From the NCBI GenBank assembly GCA_041739675.1, contig JBGSNL010000082.1:1-12739 (forward strand): 12,739 nucleotides of DNA, in the 5' to 3' direction. The translations under genes and the position numbers were made by a program. The notes beneath the pieces were generated by a model. The model had not been told where the DNA came from. It did no database searches and saw nothing but the letters and a program-made list of their open reading frames with translations. The DNA is from a bacterium (GTDB lineage: Bacteria > UBA10199 > 2-02-FULL-44-16 > DYJF01). Shown in pieces: positions 6,828-12,739 of this stretch (the stretch's first letter is position 1; each line of letters begins with the position of its first letter).

Positions 6828-9413
6828 ATGCGTTTCGACAAATTGACGCTGAAGGCGCAGGAGGCGGTGCAGGATGCGCAAAATATAGCGGGCAAATTAA
6901 ACCAGCAGGAGATTTCTCCCGAGCATTTGCTTTCGGCGCTCATCCGCCAGGAAGGGGGCGTGGCGCCTGCCATCCTGAAAAAGATCGGCGCCAACCTTCC
7001 GAAGCTTCAGAGCGATTTTGAGTCTGCGGTCCGCACGATGCCGCAGGTTACCGGCAGCGGAGTGGGCCAAGCCTACATTTCACCGGCGCTCAACCGCATA
7101 TTCGACGCCGCGTTCAAAGAGGCGGAATCTTTGAAAGATGAGTTTGTTTCGACGGAGCATCTTTTGATCGCTATCGCCGATTCGAAACAATCGAAGGCGG
7201 GCGAGATGCTTCGGGGTGAAGGTGCTAGCAAGGCCGTCATTCTGAAAATCCTCAAAGATATTCGCGGGACGCAGCGTGTGACCGATCAGGATCCCGAAGG
7301 GAAATATCAGGCCCTCAAAAAATACGCGCGCGATCTGACGGAACTTGCGCGAAAGGGAAAACTGGATCCTGTGATCGGGCGCGACGATGAGATCCGCCGC
7401 GTGATCCACGTGCTTTCGCGCCGGACGAAGAATAATCCCGTCCTGATAGGCGATCCGGGCGTGGGAAAGACCGCGATCGTCGAGGGCCTTGCGCAGCGTA
7501 TCGTGAAGGGGGATGTGCCGGATTCGCTTAAAGACAAACAACTCATATCTCTCGATCTTGCGGCGCTTGTCGCCGGCGCAAAATACCGCGGCGAATTTGA
7601 GGACCGCCTCAAGGCCGTGTTGAAAGAGATCGGCGAATCATCGGGCCAGGTAATTCTCTTTATAGATGAACTGCACACACTGGTTGGTGCCGGCGGCGCG
7701 GAAGGCGCAATCGACGCATCCAATATGCTGAAGCCCGCACTCGCGCGCGGCGAGCTGCGCTGCATCGGCGCGACTACGCTCAATGAATATCGCAAGCACA
7801 TTGAAAAGGACGCGGCCCTCGAGCGCAGGTTCCAGCAAGTCTATGTGGGGCAGCCCTCCGTCGAGGACACAATTTCCATCCTGCGCGGTTTGAAGGAGCG
7901 TTACGAGATTCATCACGGAGTGCGAATACAAGACTCTGCGATCATAGCCGCGGCAACACTTTCCAACCGCTACATCACCGACAGGTTCCTTCCCGACAAG
8001 GCGATCGATCTGATAGACGAGGCCGCATCGAAGCTCAGGATCGAGATCGATTCGATGCCGGTCGAGATAGACGAGATCGAGCGCGACATAATGCAGCATC
8101 AGATCGAGCGCGAGGCGTTGAAGAAGGAGAGCGATAAGGCATCCAAGGAGCGGCTCGCAAAGCTTGAAAAGGAGATCGCCGATCTTCAGGAACAATCCCG
8201 CGCGCTGAAGGCTCATTGGCTGAAGGAGAAAGAGTCGATAAAGGCGATTAACGAAACCAAGGAAAGAATCGAACAGGCGAAGACGGATCAGGAGAAGGCG
8301 GAGCGCGAAGGAAATCTCAACGTCGCGGCTGAGCTGAAATATGGAACTCTTCTTGAGCTTCAAAAGAAGCTGGAGACGGAGCAGAAAAAACTTGCCGACG
8401 TCCAGAAAGACAAAAAGATGCTGACGGAAGACGTGACCGCAGATGACGTTGCGGAGGTCGTGTCCAAGTGGACCGGCATCCCTGTGTCGAAACTCGTCGA
8501 GGGAGAGGTCGACAAGTTGATCCATATGGAGGACCGCCTCGGTCGGCGCGTCGTGGGGCAGGACGAGGCGCTGGAGAAGGTGTCGAACGCAGTCAGGCGC
8601 GCGCGCGCCGGCCTGCACGACCCCAACCGTCCGATCGGCTCGTTTATTTTCATGGGCCCAACCGGTTGCGGGAAAACTGAGACGGCGCGTGCCCTGGCCG
8701 AATTCCTGTTCGACGACGAAAAAGCAATGGTGCGCATCGACATGAGCGAGTTCATGGAAAAGCACAGCGTCTCGCGCCTCATAGGTGCGCCCCCGGGATA
8801 TGTGGGCTATGAGGAGGGCGGCTATCTCACGGAAGCCATACGCCGAAGGCCCTACGCCGTCATTTTATTCGACGAAATCGAGAAGGCGCATCCCGACGTC
8901 TTCAATATCTTATTGCAGATACTAGACGACGGACGCCTGACGGACGGTCAGGGCAGAACCGTCAACTTCACGAACACCGTTATAATAATGACTTCGAATA
9001 TCGGAAGCCAGTATCTGGCCGATGTCGCTGAGAATGAAGAACAGATGACAGAGCGCGTCCTTGCTGCGATGAAGCAGCACTTCAAGCCGGAATTCGTCAA
9101 CCGCATCGACGATATTGTGATCTTCCATTCGCTCAAGCCCGATCAGATCGCGCAGATTGTGGATATACAACTTCAGCGCTTGCAGAAGCTGCTTGCAGAG
9201 AGGAAGCTCACTCTTTCGCTTACAGATGGCGCCAAGAAATTCCTTGCCAAGCACGGCTGGGATCCGCAATACGGTGCCCGCCCCTTGAAGCGCGCGATTC
9301 AGAAATATATTCAGGACCCGCTATCCTCTGCGCTTCTGGAAGCGAAGTATCCGGAAGGGACGGCACTCGTGGGCGATGTGAAGGGAGATGAGATAATTTT
9401 CAAGAAGGCTTAG
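6828..9413 (+). CDS. clpB: ATP-dependent chaperone/disaggregase ClpB
   Basis: 861 aa with the MRFDKLT N-terminus and Clp N-domain; NBD1 ([30 protein letters not shown]); long coiled-coil M-domain; NBD2 ([39 protein letters not shown]). RBS AAGGAG. Confidence 0.98.
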   Translation: MRFDKLTLKAQEAVQDAQNIAGKLNQQEISPEHLLSALIRQEGGVAPAILKKIGANLPKLQSDFESAVRTMPQVTGSGVGQAYISPALNRIFDAAFKEAESLKDEFVSTEHLLIAIADSKQSKAGEMLRGEGASKAVILKILKDIRGTQRVTDQDPEGKYQALKKYARDLTELARKGKLDPVIGRDDEIRRVIHVLSRRTKNNPVLIGDPGVGKTAIVEGLAQRIVKGDVPDSLKDKQLISLDLAALVAGAKYRGEFEDRLKAVLKEIGESSGQVILFIDELHTLVGAGGAEGAIDASNMLKPALARGELRCIGATTLNEYRKHIEKDAALERRFQQVYVGQPSVEDTISILRGLKERYEIHHGVRIQDSAIIAAATLSNRYITDRFLPDKAIDLIDEAASKLRIEIDSMPVEIDEIERDIMQHQIEREALKKESDKASKERLAKLEKEIADLQEQSRALKAHWLKEKESIKAINETKERIEQAKTDQEKAEREGNLNVAAELKYGTLLELQKKLETEQKKLADVQKDKKMLTEDVTADDVAEVVSKWTGIPVSKLVEGEVDKLIHMEDRLGRRVVGQDEALEKVSNAVRRARAGLHDPNRPIGSFIFMGPTGCGKTETARALAEFLFDDEKAMVRIDMSEFMEKHSVSRLIGAPPGYVGYEEGGYLTEAIRRRPYAVILFDEIEKAHPDVFNILLQILDDGRLTDGQGRTVNFTNTVIIMTSNIGSQYLADVAENEEQMTERVLAAMKQHFKPEFVNRIDDIVIFHSLKPDQIAQIVDIQLQRLQKLLAERKLTLSLTDGAKKFLAKHGWDPQYGARPLKRAIQKYIQDPLSSALLEAKYPEGTALVGDVKGDEIIFKKA

Positions 9414-10899
9414 ATGCAGCCGATTTTCTCGCAAGGACGAACGCCAGAATTGTCAGCATGAAGATTATGGCGTATGCAGAGAAATAATCTTTCACGACTC
9501 CCCCCGAAACTATGCAGCCGCATCCGCTTGCACCCGCGCCATATTGAATGGTGCCCGTGCCGGTTGCTTTCGATACGAGGGTATTAACAGGATTTGTAAG
9601 GACTACACTGAATATCTTGTCACCCTCTGCGGAGGGATTTACGTTCAAGGATACGTCGATCGTCTTCGTTTGTTCGAGGCTTTCAAACGTCAGGGTGCCG
9701 CTTGTTGCCGTGTAATCCCCGGGCGCCGTGGCCGTGCCGTCCGCAGTTGCGTAGTCGACGCTGATGGCAAGCGCTGAGGGAGCCGAAAGCGAAACCGTGA
9801 ATGTCGCCCGCGTCTCACCGGCTGAGTCCGCTACGTTCACTACAACATCGTCTATTGTTATCGCCATGACGGTTAGTGCGACATCGTTTCCGTCTCCGCC
9901 GTCGTAATCGATGACCATGGGTACACCCGCCGGCCCCACGGAAGTGCCGGGCGCAAGCCCGTTGAACTCGCCTGTCACAATGTCGGTCCCGTCATTGTCG
10001 ATGATGATGATGCTGTCGCCGGCTTCAGGTGTGTAGCCGAAGATTACGTTCAGAGCAGGGTTGTTAAGCGCCACTGCTCCGGTCACAAGAAGCTGGTCGT
10101 AATCGGTCGCGGCGGTCTTCCCATTTATTTCAATGTCCAGTGCCGATCCAGAGCCAAGCGACAGGTTGCCGTTAACGCTCATGAGGCCGGCGCTCGTGCC
10201 CGGACTGATCGTTCCGCCGGTCCCGGTGAGCGCCCCTGTGGAGCCGCTTCCGCTCAAGGTCCCGCCGCCAACCGTGACGGCGCTCTCCGAAAGATCGCCG
10301 CTGTTCAAAATAAGAGCCCCTTCGTTAAGAGTCGTTGTCCCGTCATAGGAGTTATCGGAGGAGAGAGTAAGTGTGCCACCGCCTGTCTTTGTTACGTTGC
10401 TGGCCGCTCCGGTAATCGTTCCCGATATTTCAGTATTGCCGGCACCGGCGATTGTAAGCGTCTTGCCGTTGAGATCCAAATTTCCCGCAAGGACCAGATT
10501 TGTCCCGGCCGTCGTGGATGTGAAGGCGAGGGAGCTTCCCAAAAAAAGGTCGTTGTTAATCGTGTTGTCCCCGGCCGTGTTTGCGGCCGTGAGCTCTTCA
10601 TTGATACCGAAGCTGTTACCGTTCAGAACATAACCTCCGCCCGCGCCGTTGAACGTTAGAGTGGCAAAGGCGCTTCCAGCGGCGATATTATTGCTATTCG
10701 TGAGACGATTGGCGCCGGCGGGAAAGATGATATCCGAGTCAAGAGGAGGAGGGAACGGCACGACCCAGTTGGCAGCCGTGTTCCAGTTGTTATTTGCACC
10801 ATTTCCGTTCCACGTCGATGTTATCCCCACTCCGGCGAGAGCTTCAGCCGATATCGAGAGAACTAAAAATGCACTCATCGCGGCGAATATTTTTTTCAT
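9400..10899 (-). CDS. Secreted surface protein: autotransporter-associated beta-strand (passenger) repeat region, Calx-beta domain and C-terminal GCGC-TM sorting signal
   Basis: Signal peptide ending AEALA; Gly/Asn/Thr-rich beta-helix-like region with a PATR repeat ([30 protein letters not shown]); [12 protein letters not shown] motif; Calx-beta ([11 protein letters not shown]...[26 protein letters not shown]...KTIDV); C-terminus GASGCGC...hydrophobic helix...ARK. No beta-barrel. Confidence 0.78.
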   Translation of the reverse strand: MKKIFAAMSAFLVLSISAEALAGVGITSTWNGNGANNNWNTAANWVVPFPPPLDSDIIFPAGANRLTNSNNIAAGSAFATLTFNGAGGGYVLNGNSFGINEELTAANTAGDNTINNDLFLGSSLAFTSTTAGTNLVLAGNLDLNGKTLTIAGAGNTEISGTITGAASNVTKTGGGTLTLSSDNSYDGTTTLNEGALILNSGDLSESAVTVGGGTLSGSGSTGALTGTGGTISPGTSAGLMSVNGNLSLGSGSALDIEINGKTAATDYDQLLVTGAVALNNPALNVIFGYTPEAGDSIIIIDNDGTDIVTGEFNGLAPGTSVGPAGVPMVIDYDGGDGNDVALTVMAITIDDVVVNVADSAGETRATFTVSLSAPSALAISVDYATADGTATAPGDYTATSGTLTFESLEQTKTIDVSLNVNPSAEGDKIFSVVLTNPVNTLVSKATGTGTIQYGAGASGCGCIVSGGVVKDYFSAYAIIFMLTILAFVLARKSAASKPS

Positions 10900-10906
10900 A
10901 TAACGA

Positions 10907-12490
10907 TCAAGTATACACTCGGTAATCGATGTTAGGGAAAATATTATCTTTCCACTCTATCTCCGCCAAAAAGTTCATATCGAGCGAAAAGTTTTTGATG
11001 TCCCAATATAATTTATTGAACCGGAAGGTGTGATCTTTTGTGCGCTTGACCGCGTACTCGACCATCGTGCCTGAATTCATGATGAAGGCCCAGTCGGAGG
11101 ATTGGGCAAGCAGTAGCTCCCGCGCCATTTGATTGAGAGCGCGGCGAAGATTGTCGTCCGGCGTCGGGTATGTACGCGCTATCTCGGTCATGCGGAAGGC
11201 CATCTCATGCAGATGGCGATAGACCCAGTCGTTGGTCCCGTTGCACCAGACCTCTGCGTAGCCTTTGTTTCCCCAGCTCGATTCGGACGGCTCCACCATC
11301 TGGTTCTTGGGATGGCGGCACAGATATTCCCACGGGGTCAGAAGTTTCACCGCATTCTGATCGCATGCGATTTTTCGCACGACGTAATTCAACCAGTCCA
11401 CTCCCTCGAACCACCAGTGGCCGTAGAGCTCCGCATCGTAGGGGGCGACTATGATAGGCGGCTTGCCCATGACTCCGTTTAAAAATTCCACCTGCTTTTG
11501 CCTGTTGAACATGAAATTGCCGGCATGACTTGCCGCCACTTCCTGCGCGTGCCACGGATCGTAGAGCTCTTTGTGATCCGTATGGCCCGTGATACGGTGA
11601 TATTTGAAACCTGTCATCACGCGTGTGCCGTCAGGGTTTATGTAGGGACGCACATAGTTCATATCCAGATCGAAGCCTATGTCGCGGTAGAAATCACGGT
11701 AGACCGGATCGCCCGGATATCCTTCCTTTGCGGACCAGACCTGCTTTGACGATTCGTAATCTCGCCCGAACGCAGCGCAACCCGACGGCGCGTAGGTCGG
11801 CGCATAAACTCCGTACTTCGGGCGCGAATCGCCGTAGAGAACCGCGTGGCTGTCGACAAAAAAGAAACGGATTCCGTTGTTCCACAAGATATCATGGAGT
11901 CCCGGAAAGTATCCGCACTCCGGAAGCCAGATGCCCTTAGGCCTTCTGCCCAGATGCTCGTCGTGAAGATTGCACGCCACTTCTATCTGTGCGCGCACCG
12001 CTTCATGGCAGGGGCGAAGAAGCGGCAAAAACCCGTGAGTCGCTCCGCACGTTATGATCTCAAGCTTTCCGAGCTCCATGAAATGCCTGAAGCCGCGGAC
12101 GAGGTTTCTTCCCCAGCGCTCGTCAAATGTCCATCGCGCCCTGTTCAACCGGCGATGATACATCTCGGCCGTGCGGTGCATCAGGGGGTGCTCGTGCCTT
12201 GTGCGGTCAAGCTCCTTCCACGCAAGCTCCAGGTGTTTATATAGATGGCGCGCATAACGATCCTGAAGCAAGGGGTCTGTCATCATGGAGATGAGAGGGG
12301 GAGTGAGCGACATTGTGAGGCGGAAGTCGATGCCGTCGTGGTCAAGGCCCTCGAACACTTCGAGAAGCGGGATATAGGTCTCCGTCATCGCCTCAAAAAA
12401 CCAGCGCTCCTCCAAAAACTCTTCATGCTCGGGATGCCTCACGTATGGCAAATGCGCGTGAAGGACGAATGATAGATATCCTTTTTCCAA
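10907..12490 (-). CDS. Glycoside hydrolase family 57 (DUF1957-containing), probable 1,4-alpha-glucan branching enzyme
   Basis: Motifs LHAHLPYVRHP, ETYIPLL, GATHGFLPL, GIWLPECGY (catalytic Glu), PYDAELYGHWWFEG (catalytic Asp) and ARELLLAQSSDWAFI. TTG start with an AAGGA RBS. Confidence 0.92.
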   Translation of the reverse strand: MEKGYLSFVLHAHLPYVRHPEHEEFLEERWFFEAMTETYIPLLEVFEGLDHDGIDFRLTMSLTPPLISMMTDPLLQDRYARHLYKHLELAWKELDRTRHEHPLMHRTAEMYHRRLNRARWTFDERWGRNLVRGFRHFMELGKLEIITCGATHGFLPLLRPCHEAVRAQIEVACNLHDEHLGRRPKGIWLPECGYFPGLHDILWNNGIRFFFVDSHAVLYGDSRPKYGVYAPTYAPSGCAAFGRDYESSKQVWSAKEGYPGDPVYRDFYRDIGFDLDMNYVRPYINPDGTRVMTGFKYHRITGHTDHKELYDPWHAQEVAASHAGNFMFNRQKQVEFLNGVMGKPPIIVAPYDAELYGHWWFEGVDWLNYVVRKIACDQNAVKLLTPWEYLCRHPKNQMVEPSESSWGNKGYAEVWCNGTNDWVYRHLHEMAFRMTEIARTYPTPDDNLRRALNQMARELLLAQSSDWAFIMNSGTMVEYAVKRTKDHTFRFNKLYWDIKNFSLDMNFLAEIEWKDNIFPNIDYRVYT

Positions 12491-12512
12491 TGTTTATCCT
12501 TTTTGCTGGGTA

Positions 12513-12737
12513 TCAGGGTCTTCCCGACGACCATGACGAGGGAGATGAAGAGACCTCGATGGGCAGACGGAAGGCGGCCACTTCCTGAAAGATTGCCTCC
12601 AAGCTCGATCCGGCGATCGAGGCAAACTGTCCCTTCATCAAAAGATCGAAGAAGTAGGGGCCCAGAATCTTTTTCAGAAGTTCGAGATCGGCTTCCGTAT
12701 ATTCCTCGACGTCACTTATTATCTTCTGTCCGTCAGG
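12513..12737 (-). CDS. C-terminal fragment of a hypothetical protein, possibly DUF4912 family, 5'-truncated by the window edge
   Basis: Not in the ORF track. Manual translation gives PDGQKIISDVEEYTEADLELLKKILGPYFFDLLMKGQFASIAGSSLEAIFQEVAAFRLPIEVSSSPSSWSSGRP*, with the stop at 12513-12515, 22 nt before the GH57 start. The DUF4912 call rests only on common synteny with GH57/DUF1957 genes and the Ser-rich tail. Confidence 0.65.
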   Translation of the reverse strand, partial: PDGQKIISDVEEYTEADLELLKKILGPYFFDLLMKGQFASIAGSSLEAIFQEVAAFRLPIEVSSSPSSWSSGRP

Positions 12738-12739
12738 GC

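Noticed and set aside
6611..7021. ORFs 6611-6994 (-) and 6764-7021 (+) spanning the fumarase/clpB intergenic region
   Set aside because: They overlap well-supported genes, have no RBS or recognisable motifs, and look like shadow ORFs.
7638..8765. 375-aa antisense ORF inside clpB
   Set aside because: It mirrors clpB codon for codon. Long antisense frames are a known by-product of codon bias in chaperone genes, and the translation has no recognisable motifs.
38..12472. Remaining short alternative-frame and antisense ORFs in the track
   Set aside because: All lie within or largely overlap confidently identified genes and show no domain signatures.
1..12739. CRISPR arrays, tRNA/rRNA, IS elements, prophage or defence genes
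   Set aside because: No regularly spaced repeats, cloverleaf or rRNA signatures, or transposase, integrase or nuclease motifs were seen. The longest intergenic gaps are only about 90 and 116 bp.

Overview
A gene-dense, mostly housekeeping window from a diderm (Gram-negative) bacterium. The gene set and styles suggest a deltaproteobacterial lineage (inference only). In order: a partial GT2 polyprenol-phosphate sugar synthase (+), an MptA/MptB-like GT-C membrane glycosyltransferase (+), a cytoplasmic TPR protein (-), BamD (-), a divergent promoter, a DUF1844 protein (+), a DegP/DegQ protease (+), a two-subunit class I Fe-S fumarate hydratase (beta and alpha, -), a second divergent promoter, ClpB (+), a secreted passenger-repeat/Calx-beta surface protein with a C-terminal GCGC-TM-basic anchor (-), a GH57 alpha-glucan branching enzyme (-), and a partial Ser-tailed ORF (-). 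I found no RNA genes, CRISPR arrays, mobile elements or defence systems, and I cannot support a wholly new system here. The best leads are the GCGC-CTERM-anchored surface protein, the two compact divergent promoters, the actinobacterial-style lipid-linked glycosylation pair, and the overlap of all three convergent gene pairs.
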